Source of the DNA: Tubiluchus corallicola
Lineage: Eukaryota; Animalia; Priapulida
Assembly: GCA_030141605.1 (NCBI GenBank)
Contig: JAQGDQ010000351.1
Span: forward strand, 1-64,000
Direction of reading: 5' to 3'
Length of the DNA stretch: 64,000 bases
The notes below the pieces were generated by a model. That model did not search any database, was not told the origin of the DNA, and saw nothing but the letters and a program-made list of their open reading frames with translations. Below, one piece after another: positions 44,801 to 59,076 of the stretch. How positions within the stretch are numbered: the stretch's first letter is position 1; every line of letters begins with the position of its first letter. Both the position numbers and the translations under genes were made by a program.

Positions 44801-47800
44801 TTTTACTAGTCCAGTCAAGGTAAGTTAGTTGTTTTTCTGAATTAGTACATTTTACAAACTTTACATGGTTTTCTCATTAAACCTTTTTAAGGGCAATAGA
44901 TACAAGGTGTACTGATGTTTATTCAACTTTTGTTAGTTAACTGGAAACATTAAAAAAAAATTCATTTCATTACATCTAAGTTGAGGCGAATGACATGTAG
45001 AATTAAAGACCGTAGTACTTTTTGTGGCAGTGGGGCAGATAAAAAATATTAGTTATAAAGTGTCTAGAAGTCTATTTAATTTGAGATTGTTGACCACAAA
45101 ACACATTTGATTTGGATAGGTGAATTTTCAGCATTGTGATACATTGTTAGACGTTTAACTTATTCTGTACATTTACTGTAAGAACACTCACTATAGTTTA
45201 ATATATAGTTAGAAACGTTGAAATTATCACACATTTAATGCATGCAAAAGGCTTTACTTAAGAATGCAAAAGAAATTTGAATCAGGAGTCGCTTATCACA
45301 ATTTTATTGCTGAAACTTTCTAATATTTTTTTGAAGTACATGACAAAATAAGCTCAACTTCCCACAAGCCTCACTTTCTGTTAATATTCTACAATAAAGC
45401 AAGTTGTAGCTTCAAACTGTTGTTAAAACAATGCCTCTTTTTGTTTTAGTCTTCAACAAACAAGATTGCTTATTCTGCCAAGCGATTTTTCTCGAATAAC
45501 GAACATGATTCAGATGAAGAAGGGGTAAGTTTTATTCAAAATTCTGTTTTAGAACTTTGTCTTGATGCCTATCATTTGAGTTGATGATCACTATCAGTGG
45601 TGACAGACTGACAGAAGCTAGACTCGACACTAGACACCATTTTGGTACATAGTTTAGACTGAGAATATCTATTGTCGATTCAGTTTGAACTGAGAACATC
45701 TATTGTCAATTCAGAACTATTTTTAGGTTATTATTTGCATTCCATTTATCAGCTTACCGTTTTGATCACATGAGGTTTCTTGACTTCATTAACAGTTCCT
45801 GATATTTCATTTATAGCTAATATCAGATGTTTGCTTCTACAACTGTATTAATTATTACTATTGAATAAATGATAGACCTTTTGTTTCTTCAAAATCTCAT
45901 TCCACCTATTGTAGGCATTGAGGTATCAACATTTATCAGAGCATTCCACCCAGTTAACAGCATAAGTTCTTCTCCTAAAGATAGATTTGGTTAAAGTTGT
46001 TGAGCATCTTTAATTATTTGAGCTATCCAAGTTGTTTTAGTTTTATCAGGTGGTTTTTTGCAAGGTTTAAGGCTTCCTCTAAGGCGATTCTTACTGGTGC
46101 TTCATTAGGCAATCTTAGAAGATGTCCTAGCTATCTTAATCTTCGGATCTTGACTTTTGAACTACAATAAGTTTCTTTTGTTCTGGTGTATAAATCCCCA
46201 TTTTTGATTCTGTATGGCCATCTTATCCTTGAAACCTTCCTAAGAAGACTTCTATGAAATGTGTCATCTGCTTTTCTTGAGTAATCGCTAAACCCCAGTT
46301 TCGCTGTTGTACATAAAGTATGCTGGTAACGTAAGCATTAAATAATCGAAGTCTTACGTTAAGACTTAATTTCTTGCTAGTTAATACATTCTTGTGCTGA
46401 AGGAAAGCATGCATTGCTTGTTGCTTTCTGCTTCTAATATCATCTTCGGTGCTTAGAAAAGCTCCCATGTTCTTGCACTTTTTTCCAGACTGGTTACCAT
46501 CTGAATCTGAATGATAGATCTGACAGGTATTTTGCCCATCCTTTTTTAAATATTGCTAAACAAATAAATTGCTGTCGTGCATCAGATTTTTGTTAGACTT
46601 TGGATATGTTATTCAGGTCGTTTAGTTTGTTATTTTGCTGTTTACAACATGTTGTTTGGATGTAACAAGTTTTAAAACATGTTAGGCTTGTTAAAATATA
46701 TATTGCTGATCGTGTTTTTTGTTGATTTCCATAAAAGGATGAAGACAGTGAGAAGACTGAAGAGAATGTTGATGGTCATACAGGCAGTGAGCCAATAGCA
46801 ATGGTACGAGAAGTAAAATGGCCAACTCGCATGCATGAGCGAGCAACCGTGTCTGTGAAAGTTCCCAAACACAAAAAAGAGGTAAGTATGGCCAAGAATT
46901 TCAGATGCTGTTCGGAAGCAGAAGAGAAATTGCAAAAACGTCAAGGTGCTAGTGCTTGATGTAATGCTGTAGAGAATCCTGTGGTAAGCTGATGACATGT
47001 CCAATCCATCTAATCCGACGCTTTTGTATGACCTCACTCCATTCCTTCTTCTTTCTTAAATCATATACATGATTTGAAATTTTCTTTCGTCATTTTATAC
47101 CCAGCATCTTACTCATCATCATCATCATCATCATATTTCCATTATGTCAATTGTGGACATCGGGCAGGCAGTCTTCGAAAATAAATGAAAACTGCCATCG
47201 AGACAGGTAAACAAAACAGTAATCCAGTAAAAATTTAGACACTACTGTGCCAGTGGCTCGTCAGCACCACTTCCGAGCAAAGATATTACTACTACTTGGA
47301 CTATTTGCAACACAACATCTTACTACTACTGACGTTTAAAACATTAAACAGTTTAGGAGCAAAATAGATTTCGGAACTTGTTAGTTGTTACATGCTAGCT
47401 TGAGCTGTCCGTTTAGCAAACAACTACGAGCTATCAGTGCTAGTGGGAAGGTTGAACAAGACCTATGGTGAGAGAGCCTTCTGTGTATGTGTGCCACATT
47501 TGTGGAACAGGTTACCCTCTCATCTACATGTCAGCGAATCCAAGGACCGTTTTAAGGAAAGATTAGAAACAGACTGTTTAGAATTTCATACGCATTGTAG
47601 TAACTATTTGTACTAGATTTGTCTCATCCTCATTTTTATATTACGTATTATTATTTTATTACAGATTTACAATCAGAAGATTGCTATTTTATATTATATT
47701 TTTTCCATCTATTTAAATAATTTTCATGTGTGCAGCTAATCCATTACTTTTTTGAACTATTTACATTTCTGTTTTTAAGCTGTATTAATAGCATTTTACT

Positions 47801-50800
47801 AATATTTTAAATCTGTTTTATAAGTTTCAAAATTTACAACTAATTGTATTTCATTGTAATGAGTGGTGAGGCACACTGTATTGCTTTTAAAAAATAAATT
47901 ATTATTATTATTTATTTATTGTTGTTTTTTACTTGTTATTTAGCTGTTTACAGTAGTGCGTAATGTAATGCAAGCTCATCAGTGCCATGAAATTGGTGAA
48001 ACTCAGGAGTATAATGATGACATACAGTACTTACTGGAAAGCATCCAACCCACCGCTTCTGTCATGTCTAGAGCACTAAGGTACTGTAGCTCCATTTTCC
48101 TCTTGTTTGTGTCAAATTACAGCAAGTTTGCTTTTTTCTTGTTATGTTATTACACTTCAGAACTTTTCCCTAAAGGTTTTTATTCAAAAAACTTTCAGAA
48201 ATTTGCTAGTGAAATCAGAAGAAATAATTTTAGCTGAAGTTTGATTTTGTGTATGACGTTTAAATATGATTTGTCCCACATTTGCTTTTTCATTTATAAT
48301 TATTTTAATCTTTTTAATTTGTCGTTCATAATACTTTATTTAGCAGTAAATATCTTTTTAACCTAGTGATACTTCAAGCTTTTATTTTTTATTTGACTTG
48401 TTTTTTACTCTATTTTCATTTGGTTTAATCAGCCTAATTTGATTAATTTGGATTGCCATATATTAATGATATTTTCAGTTAGACATTATGAGCTCAATTT
48501 ATTTAAATTTGGACTGTCATATTAATGATCATAATTTGTTTCAGTTTCACTTGCCATTCATTATCATAATTGAAAAATGTCCATTCTCTTTCCTGTTGTA
48601 TCGTGCTATCTCAGGAAATACTCCTTGTGTGTATTTGAATAGTTCTCTAATTTGTCTTTTTAATTTGTATGCCTTTTTTTTAATTGCTCTAGTAACGATT
48701 TTGTGGCTGATCAAAAAAATTTAATAATAGTAATAATTAATTTTATTGCAGCACAATAAGCTTGGCAAGCAAGTGTGTGATTCCCTCTTTTCGGTCACAT
48801 CTCCGATGTCATGACATTGTCCCGAAAATCTTTGCTTCATTGGAAGATGCTTTATGTGATCCGGTAAACCATTTATAAAAACTTATATACATAAATTGAT
48901 TTTTAAATAACCTTTGCAATTTGTTAAAACAATGTATGGCAATATTACATCTTTAAATAGAGCTTTGTTAAGTATCTTCATGTTTCTAGATATTCTGTAT
49001 TACAGTGCAAAAAATTTAAAATTTAGAACAAAACTAAACATTTATCTGACCTGTATGCTAAAAGTTTTATATTCCATCCGTGTTTTAGACAAATTACTAT
49101 GAAAAAGACATGTCTTATGCTAATATTATTATAATATTATATTAAGGTAATGTGATTGACTATATTTTTGACGTTTCTACCTAGCAGTAAGGGAAATAGT
49201 TTTTCTGAATGTATGAGTGTGTTGAATTTCTAAGATAGTGTGACTTTTCTTTTGGCAAAGGTTTTTAAAATTTCGATTTGGATTGCTTACACCGACCTTT
49301 TACCTTGCGAAAGTCTCTCCGAAATGGGCATTGTTTACTCATTAGTTATGTGAACATTTTTCAGAGTCTAGCTCTAGCTACAGCTACAATGATGTTTATG
49401 CTGAGCCGGGATCGGCTAAGCATGGATCTGGATTCAGCTACGCTACAAAGAATGTTACAACTATTAGAAGCTGATACCAGAGAATTTTCTTCAAAGTCCA
49501 AATCAGTTTGTATGTTGTTTGTTTACAATAACTTAGGATAATTTTGCAGAAGACCACTTATGTTTGTCCAGTGTTTGTAGCTGAAACTTTGGCGCCTCTT
49601 TGTTACACACACTTTAAGTAGTTTTTGCATTAAATAAATAAAGATCAAATTAACAACTGATATCTTAAATATTTTTAAATAAGTAAGTATTTTAAAAGGT
49701 ATAAAGTTATTAATACAAACTGTGTAAACTAACGTCACCACTGTCAAATGCATTTGTTTCATGTACAAACAGCATTGGATGGCAAGAAGTCATATGACTC
49801 CAGTTTTAGTGTTTGAATCCCGTCTTAAGATAAAGTATTACTTACTACTATGTACATTCTCACTTGTCTTTCCATTAGTTAATGACCATTTGATTCCGAG
49901 ATAGTCTTAACTTTCTATGAGTTTCTTTTGTTTGTACCGATATAATTGTAAATAAAAAGCAATATTAAAGTAATTAAGCCACCCTTACTGCAATTTCCTG
50001 CTTGATGGAGATAAAAACACTGTCTATTCAAAATGTAGCCGATCGACTATTGATTATTTTTCATTGTTTGTTTATTTCTGCTCATTGATTTACCTGATGT
50101 GTTTATTATTATTAGCCTAATGTATATACTGTGCTAATCACTTGTGACTGATTTCTAATTACAGTGAGTTCATATGAGCGTAACTTAGCCAAGGTAAAGG
50201 AATTGTGCCAACAGCTAAAGGACACCGGAAGTTCCAAGTACCTAGACCTGGACAAAATATCTGTGAGTCGTCTATAAAAAAAGATCATGTGCCACATAGA
50301 AACAACCCACATAATATTGTTTTTTTAACTGTACTTACAGTTTTAGCTGTCTGTATCAGTAACAGCTTTGTTTATGTTTGGCATACAAAGGTTGTATTCA
50401 TGACTTGGTAGATAAGATAGAACACTCTTCCTTATGTCTCACTAAATGATAATAACCACTTTTTATGTCTACTGCTATGTTTACTACTATTTGTTAATTC
50501 AAAAATACTGATGTGTTCTTCTTGTGTGTGAAGAAGTCTTACAAAAAACATTCTGTAATCATTTAATTTAAATGTTGTTTTTGTTTTGTTTTCAGACTGG
50601 TTACTTGGCCATGGAAACACTACTGAGTTTGACATCAAGAAAGGCTGGGGAATGGTTTAAGGAAGAATTACGTACACTTGGTGGACTAGACCATATCGTC
50701 CAGACAGGTAGCAAAATCCAGCACGGAAATTTTAGTAAATTTTGTATACCAAGATAAAAGTTTTTAGGGAATTTATTTGTAAAAATTATAGGAAAGAACG

Positions 50801-53800
50801 AGTCACTCGGCATGTTAGGTTTGTTTCATTGCTATCATTTAAACTTAGAAAAATAAATATGTGGCTCCTTTAACGCTCGCTCCTTAATCTAATTCACACT
50901 TCTGCAGTTTACGTAATGTTTATGTAAAGATTTGGCAAAATTAGCTATCTATATTTTTGCAAAAACAAACTATTGACGGAAATTGACTATATACTTTTGA
51001 CGGAAATTGACAGTGTGCTGATTTTCTTGAATTGATGAATGACGTTACTGGTGAAAGAATGGGCATTAAATGTGGGAGCTCCCAAGTGTGAAATGACTTT
51101 AAAGTGATTTTACTAAATACACAAGGCACTTATCATACTTTTACTACTAACTCCTCCTAACATTTTTTCCGAACATTGAAATAAGGCGAACTCCCCAGAA
51201 ACCTTGGTTTTCCTTTAAGCACAAACATTTTTTTCCGCAAAACCAAAAACAAACAACTGTCATTGTTTCTTGACTTATCCTTAGGACTTGTATAGCACAC
51301 AAGTATGATAATCAGATAACATCTTTTTAATCTTGCAGTAAGCAATTGCACCAATTTTCTGGACGATGTGTCTGAGCTCACAGATCTCCAGATAGAGAAA
51401 CTAAACAAGATTGATCGATGTCTGCGCGTGTTAGAAAATGTAAGTAGAACTGTTTCAGTTAGATTATCATTTATTCTTGAGTACAAAGTGGTTGTTTTTT
51501 TCAAAAGTTTGATAATCCATTCGATATTAAAATGTAGTATAACCCAAGTGATGAAATGTTCACAGACTGCAAACTGTTATAATTTTCCGTGTTGCATTAA
51601 ACAATATTTTACCAACACTTACATAGTTTTTCTGAAATATTAAATTAAATTTTGAAATCTTAGTTTAATATTTAGTATTTTTATTTCTTTCTATATTTAG
51701 GTGACCTTCATGAACAGTGACAATCAAAAGTATTTGATTGCTTTTGAACAGAATTTGTTGATTTCATCTTTAGTAAGGTAAGCAACATAAATTTACTATG
51801 TAAAAATTCCAAGTAAAGTGCCTAGGAATCAAGAGAGTGGTGACACTACAAGTTTAAAATGTGAAAATGATGATGATGAGGCCTTCTAGGGTAAAAGCTT
51901 CTGTTAGAAATAAAACTAATTATTTTGAGATTACAACAACATTTTGTTATTTTTTCTGAAGCCTGTACAGGGTAGTACATAACCTAAGTGATATCAAAAT
52001 CAATCCTCAGTAATAGCAAGCAAACAATTTTGTGCATCAGCAAATTGTTGAAATAACAGAGAACCTATCATGCCCTAAATATTTAAAGGAAGACAGGATG
52101 ATTTTTCATATACTACCCCATTTTCAAGTCCAATAAGAAGTATACATTTTAACACAATTAATGCTCCAAAAGCGTTTCTGATAATTAATTATAGATTTGA
52201 ATCTTAATTAACAGCAGGCAAGCCCAACTATTGTTGACATCACAAACTAACATAACTTTTAACAGCAAAAATATTCCATAAGCGTGTTGCGCGTGTTTGC
52301 GAAAACGATAAAAATAAAAATTACCGCTGTGCTAACGCATGAACTGTTGAACGTGTGTAGTTCATAGAAACTAACACATCTGTACTGAGAGGTACAGCAC
52401 CTGTTTTCTGTGCAATGCGTTTCCAAAATGCAGGCGCTAGTGCCCGTATAACTAGCGAATGGTGAAATGCATGTGACAGTGAAGAACTAGTGGCGTAAAC
52501 ACGAAATTGTGTTTGTGTGGTAATAATTCTTTCACGTAAGTCGTTTTTGAAAAAAATAGTGTGCTTCCTTTCAAAGAGTAGATTGTTTTGACCTACAGTT
52601 TAAAATTGGTTCAGGCTTTGCTTTAAGCTTGGGAAAACCTAACACATCTCACACAGTCTGCAGTGTTCAGGTGTATGATCAGAGCAGCCACTCAGACTCT
52701 GGGATTGTCTTTTAATTAAACTGAATGGCCACCCCACCAAATCTTCTTGAGTCCAAGAACATGCTATTGATCTGTGTTCATAAGACAAGGTTGTGAATTC
52801 AGCCCTTACTTCTTAGAGTCACTCCAAATCATATCCTTCCAAACTGCAGGCAGCTATGCAAAATACGCGAGGCTATGTGTCACTAAGTAAATTGCTGTCA
52901 GTAATATTTTTAGTAGTCTTAGTTCAAGATTAACTATGTACAAAAAATTACAGTCTGTTTGCAATTTTACAGTACTTTGTTAACAACACTCTAGAAGTAT
53001 CTAATGCTATAGGAATATTGAATATTTTATTAACAATTTTTATATATATTTTATTTATTATTTTATATAAATTTAATATTTTATATTTATATATATATAT
53101 ATATAAATATATATATATATGCAGCAACTGATAAAGAATATTTTGGGCATGAATATTTAGAGTGTTGGACATCTGCCAAAAGATGATGGAGATTTATTCT
53201 GTGGGTGACGTTGACTCTCAAAACTCACAATACAAAGGTAGTACGGGCTCCATAGTGTTTGAGGGTTTGCTGTCTACGTTACGGGTTCTACTCAATATCA
53301 CGCATGACAATGGTACGTTTTTGTGTTACTACGCTAATACTAGGTTTTTCTGTTGACACTTTTATTGTGCTTCATAGGCTCATTCTGACATTCCTGGAGG
53401 TAGAACAGCTGTTGTAAAGCCAGTTTTTCTCTCATCCTTGGTCTCTGCCACCTGAAAATTGTTTTCCTGAAATCTGCAAACTTACCCAATTTAAAAAGAG
53501 CATCAACAGATACGCCTTACCTTTTGTAACTGGCAAACTAGTTAAATGAATTCTAATTCACTGGGGTGGTGGAATAAACCCATCAATTGCTGAATTGTAA
53601 AATCTTTAAACTTCTGCTTGAAAGAAATTTTAATAACTCAGAACATAGCCTGAATTTGAACCAGGGACCTTTCGCTGACAAAGCAAATATTATGACCGCT
53701 AACTGTCGCGCTTCTGTAATTGTGAACAGGTCCTGTTCATTCATTATAGTTGCCATCCATTATTGTACCTTATGAACAGGTGCCTTTATGTGAGACTCCG

Positions 53801-56800
53801 TGTCATATTTAACTCTGCATTTATCATACGTGCGGTTTTTATTTTGCAGATACTGGTAGCATTGTAGTAGGACAGCAGGAAGGACTAATACGTATGGTCG
53901 TCTTATGCATACTGCGAGTTGCTCAGCACGTTCCTACAGACAAATGCTTTGACATGCTAGTATTGGTATGTACAGAATCGTGTTTTTTGTCATTGTTATT
54001 TTGTTTTCTTTTCAGTTATTGCTAATGTTTTATTAAGAGCAGTAATAATTGTTATGTTGTTGTTGTGCATTTTGTTAAGAAATAAATAAGAAGTTAGTTA
54101 CGAGATAAGCTTCTATTTGGTTTTCACTCATTGTCTCAAAATGTGCTTTGCTGAATTTTTTCATAAATTATTTTTTATTAATTCTGATCATCTTTCTGTA
54201 AGATACTAAATTTGAAATTTGCCAAGTTACCTCTGCGATTCTGAGTATTTTAGAGCTTGGATTTGCTATGAACTTTGTTTTTATTCAATAGAACCGTGAA
54301 ATGAATTCCTAGATATTAAGTTATTGCACAATCTGCTGTATATTTCATCTGTGAACATAAACTCAGTTTAGTACCACTAGACACACACAAAATAAAATTA
54401 TATATTTATGTTTGAATGTTTTCAGTCGCTAGGTTTGCTGATAAATATGGTTGAACATTGCGACGCAAATCGTAAAACCCTCGTCGCAATTGGTTCCTTG
54501 AGCTCATATGATTCACCCAGTGACGTGGGTGCGGTTAGTGCAATAGAAGCATTAGTTCAGGTACTCATAAATAAAGTTTAACGTATTTGTTAGGGATTAG
54601 ATGGTGAACCAATTAAAGCAAAGCAATTAAAGATGTGGAATTACTGATGTTTAGAAATTCTTCTGTGTTATGCATTTTGTGCTAAAATGAGTTGTTGACT
54701 TAACAAAAGATGTTATAAGTAGCTGGGTACATTAAAAAAATTTACAAGCTTTATTGCAGAATTATATTTAGCTTGCAATGTCGAATTTCTAAGTTTTGTA
54801 GTGGATTTTATTCATAAGCAAAAATTTATGTTGACCTTGGAATTTCATAAACTTAGCATGTTTTGATATGCACATTTTACTCATGAACAACAAATTATAT
54901 TTAGTTTGAAATGTAAAAAAATTTAGAAGTTTTGTTGTGGATTTTATAAACAAAAAATTGCATTTAGCTTTGAGTTTTGTAAAAATGTATACAAAAGCTC
55001 AGATACCATATGAATTTAATGTGAAATTAAAACTTGTAAAATTAATAGTTCACTTGCCTCTTCGCTAAAATACGTTATCATAAACAAACCTGATGTCTTA
55101 AATTTGAAATCCATAATCACCTGACTGACCCTTTTTCATTTGCATTAGATGTTTCTTTCTCGACAACGGGCTGCTAAGAAACACGATGACGAATCGTACA
55201 ATCAGCTTCCGGGAGAGGAAGCAGATGGATCAGAGGAGTTCCTGTCACTCGGAGAAGATGAGGAATTGCCGTCTTCACAAGAGAATGATGATCCGTGGAC
55301 CAAAGGTATGAATGAACATTTTTGAAAATCTACATAAGAAATTTCTATTTTGCAATGACATTTCATGTCCCACTAGCAACGCCGTCCTGTCCTGGGATAA
55401 TTCTCTCGTATGTTTCCCATAGATTGTTCATTGGCATACTTTATTGTCTTGGTGAAAGTTTAGTTGCATTTCTTAGTAAATTTGTTTAATTGTTTTACGT
55501 GCCTTGTAAGGATTACTGTAAGCAAATGCACATAATGAGAATGAGTGGTGGATGATGTAAAGAGCCACAGTTATTATTAATGTTTATGCAGTCTGGCCTA
55601 CCACTATTATTGTTGGCCTATTGAATAGTTGTGACAGAAGTGAACGTACTTAGCATTAAGCGCTACGAGACATTCTGTCAGCAGATGTGTATATACTACA
55701 TGTCCTTCCTTAATGAGACAGTCAGCCGGAAGCAGTATGGCAGATGCGCGACCACAGGCAGTTTTATAAGCGAATACCAGTCTGTTTACACACTTTGTGC
55801 AGTGGTGCAGTACAGAACGCTCATGTTTAGGGCGGTTAGGCTGTATAAAAACTTCATGAAAAGCAACAGAGTCTATTAATTTCGTTTTACATTTTAATAA
55901 GTCCTGTCCGTTGGCGATCTTGTTCGAGCAAAGATAACGCCAACTTTCCTGCCTTAGATTTTTCTTTCAGCTGTTTCAATCTTAATGTCTGAGAGGGCTA
56001 AATATTCTTTAATAATGCTATTAATTTTTTCAGTAGCACACGAATGGTGATCAGTCTCATTATCATTTGGTAAATTATATATCACAAATGTACATGCTAA
56101 ATTGTCCTTTTCAGTGGCGATGAAACATTTGAAGATGTGTTCTCTAACGTTGTAACCCTCTTTCTTAATGCCTTGAGTTGATGTTCCACTTCCCCTCTAA
56201 AATTGTTAATTTCAGCTGTGACCAAACTTTTTAAATTTTCTGACAGCCTACCTTCCAAAGAGTAAATTCTTGCACTGAGGCGTTTTTCCATGTCTTCTAT
56301 AACTTTCAAAACTATCATGTCTTGTCTGTTATGTACTATATCATTATCGGTTTTGGCTGAAGAAGTAATGTTTATAGTGGCACTAGCTTTATTAAGATAA
56401 CACAGTTCACAAGGAAAACAATCATCGTCTCTTTTAATAGCATCCAATTTCACGGTTTTGCAGTTATCATATCTTGGTCTCAGAGTTGGAGCCACTTTTG
56501 GCTAAACCATTTTTGGGGCTATTCCAATATTAATTGGTGATGTCGAGTTTAAAAGTTTATGATTACATATAATTAAACATCGTATATGCAGGATTAGACA
56601 GTCCAGTCACAAGGCAAAGTAATTACTGTTCTTCTGTTCATATGTGTTACTTCTCTCAAATTATATTTATCCATAAAATTTGATTAAAGCAAATGTTAAA
56701 TGAGTATCAAACTGCTAAGCCACAGCCATATGTATTAAGTGACCATTTGTAAAATACTAATGCTATTACTTTGTTCAATTTTTTTCTAGCTCTACACAAA

Positions 56801-57955
56801 GCTGGTAAACACATGGAAGATAGTATAATCGCTTCATACGTTGCCCTTTTGCTTGGCTGCGTCATGCAAGATCACTCAGTAAGTGGAAAAAACCTTGCTT
56901 TTTCTTATCAGAAATAGTAACATTTTAAAAAAACTGTTATTTTTATGCATTTTGATTGTACCTGTTTTATTCCATTTATTGTTAGTTGTTCAAATAAATT
57001 TCAAAATTTGCTTTATCAAGGATTATTTGTTTTTGCAGGAAAACATAGATTTGGTACGGGAATATATGCCCCCAGAGGAGCTGTCTTCCATGGCTCAAAT
57101 ACTAAAGAAATTCCTTGGTTTTATGAACCTTACGGTAAGCTAACTATTCTTTAGCATTTGTAAGTCATTTTTAGCATTAACAGTTTTAAACATTTCACAA
57201 TCACATCAATATGATCAAATTTTAAAGGAGTGGTTAAATTATATAATCTATGTTATGTATTCTATGCATATATACAAAATGTTTGACTAAAAACACAGAA
57301 ATAATAAAGTTTTACTTACGGCACTTGTGCGCAACAGAAATGTAATCCAACAAGTTCTCTAATCGAGTTGTTTAATTTGATTTACAAATTTGGCTGTTTT
57401 CTCACTTAGTTTTGGGCAAATTTTATTGTGTTTAGTTTACTTTTGTCTTACAAGCGATTCAGTCATGTGGCAATTATGACATGTGATATTTTGTGTAACT
57501 ATGGCAACTAATGTATGTGAGTTAACTCAGACAATTTGACTTATACGAATATTTTTTACATAGTAAGGCAAGCAGTGTTAACAATGATGATTTGTTAGAG
57601 CAGTTAGTACCTGATGAGTAAAACTGAGTAGCTGACAGTAACATTACGTGGTTCATTTGAACAAAAACCTGATCGCTGTGAAATTTTCGTTCACACGCTA
57701 AGTGCGTTCAAGCATTCACATGAAATTTTGAGGCCTGCATCAATGCTTTTGATCTATCCACACAGGCTTAGTTGAAAGAGGGTGGGCTAGTACAGATAAC
57801 TGAAAGCACACAGCACACAATTCTTTACCGGTATAGTTATATTCTGCATGTCTGACTTGAAAATGTTTTCCTATCAATTCTAGGAAGCGGTTGATAATAA
57901 AGGCGGAAAGAAGATTGCACGCATCATTGAAGTTATTGAACACGCCTGTACATAG
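41868..57955 (+). CDS. WAPL: Wings apart-like protein (cohesin release factor), 16 coding exons
   Basis: Exons 41868-44819, 45450-45524, 46738-46881, 47944-48080, 48752-48863, 49365-49509, 50165-50262, 50596-50707, 51339-51439, 51701-51777, 53161-53312, 53850-53965, 54426-54560, 55149-55305, 56790-56878, 57039-57134 plus terminal exon 57884-57955 (17 segments including the terminal one) join in frame. Diagnostic [85 protein letters not shown]; N-terminus [12 protein letters not shown]. Confidence 0.96.
45885..46501 (-). mobile_element. RTE-clade LINE 3' fragment in WAPL intron
   Basis: ORF 46223..46468 nearly matches ORF 31642..32115 ([37 protein letters not shown]); same 3' end. Confidence 0.88.
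47114..47312 (-). mobile_element. Probable tRNA-derived SINE with (TGA)n tail
   Basis: 12-bp TSD CA(G/A)CATCTTACT (47102-47113, 47313-47324); degenerate A/B-box head; tail homologous to 5238-5335. Confidence 0.6.
47380..47590 (+). mobile_element. L2-like LINE 3' fragment
   Basis: Translates to [22 protein letters not shown]...FKERLET, the typical L2 ORF2 C-terminus. Confidence 0.65.
52083..52626 (+). mobile_element. Dispersed non-autonomous DNA element (TTAA-bounded, Kolobok-like); homolog at 24513-25146
   Basis: TTAA at both ends, AGG start, aligns with reverse complement of 24513-25146. Confidence 0.7.
53648..53712 (-). mobile_element. tRNA-derived SINE head / tRNA-like relic
   Basis: Minus strand ...GTTAGCGGTCA...AAGGTCCCTGGTTCAAATTCAGG with B-box-like motif; no intact cloverleaf. 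Confidence 0.4.
55700..56510 (-). mobile_element. LINE ORF1-like remnant in WAPL intron
   Basis: 132-aa ORF with Cys cluster (CFPCELC) followed by coiled-coil (IEDMEKRL...[10 protein letters not shown]); after a stop the frame continues LVIYNLP..., the PHD/coiled-coil/RRM layout of CR1/L2 ORF1. Confidence 0.6.
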
Positions 57956-58297
57956 AAGTACCCTGATATACGTTATATTTATAAGTATCAGTTGTTTTGT
58001 ATTTGCCGACAAATTTGTTATGTAAATATTGTCACAGTTTGAGGTCGCAGTGAGCCGCGTGTAAGCTGTCTGTTTTGTATAATTTCACAACTGCGCATTG
58101 TATGTAAATTGCCTAATGAGTATTTTGCCTATGTACTTGTTGCTGTTGTGGCACACTGTGTTTTTTTTTGTTTTCACATGTAACAGTTATTCTGCAAGTT
58201 TTTAATGTATTACTTATTAGAATGTTTTGTCTTGAGGTTTTCAACACTTTATACACTTTAATTACTTAGTAGATATAACTGGTGGTGATCTATTATA

Positions 58298-58611
58298 GCA
58301 TGTTCAGACTAGCGAGTTTTCTTGCCAACTTAACTCGCCAAATAGCTTGTCAGGTAACTCGCAAGCATGTTAATACTAGAAAGCAAAACTTGCTGTGAGT
58401 TTCTTTCCGACAGTAAATGTGAGCTGACACTCAGTTCTCTATTCACTGCAAAAAGCTCACCAAGAAACTCACTTAGGCGTTCACATTAGACAGAAGTTCG
58501 CAAAAAATCAACGCACAACAACTGCCGCAGAGTTTGCAATAACTTGCCTGACAAAGCAGTTCACTAATGCAAGTTTGAGGTCAGTAAGAAACTTCGCTAG
58601 TCTGAACCTGC
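58298..58611. mobile_element. MITE (Harbinger/PIF-like ends) downstream of WAPL stop
   Basis: Imperfect ~35-bp TIRs GCATGTTCAGACTAGCGAGTTTTCTT / AAGAAACTTCGCTAGTCTGAACCTGC; TSD not clear. Confidence 0.65.
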
Positions 58612-58920
58612 AGTAAAAGTCACTATCTAGGTTGTTCGACTTGGCCCATGATTTTTTTCAGAAGCAACAATTTGTTTGTTGATTGTTATATTACTGACGA
58701 ATGTAAACTGCTTGTATTTTCTGTATTCCACCTATAATATATTACGGCTATGAAAAATTCTGTTATCAGATCTTGTGAAAATGTTCCAACAATGATTCTC
58801 ATGGTCTTACTAGTTTTAACTAACAACAGTCAACTTATTATGTTGAATTAGGATGCAGATTTCACGTGAGCACCAGTGTAAAATGAGAAATTTTCTTATT
58901 TTTCCGTTCTCCATCTTGAT

Positions 58921-59076
58921 GCATGCGCACAAACAAAAGGAATTCTAGCCTTACATACAAAGGCCATAATCATTCTTGCCAGTTGTGCAAGTTGTGCAAA
59001 GGCATGCGCACAAACAAAAGGAATTCTAGCCTTACATACAAAGGCCATAATCATTCTTGCCAGTTGTGCAAGTTGT
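58921..59076. repeat. 75-bp exact tandem duplication with 6-bp spacer
   Basis: 58921-58995 = 59002-59076; spacer GCAAAG. Confidence 0.93.

Noticed and set aside
53030-53120. AT-only tract and its ORF (also 60825-60880)
   Set aside because: Low-complexity (TA)n sequence.
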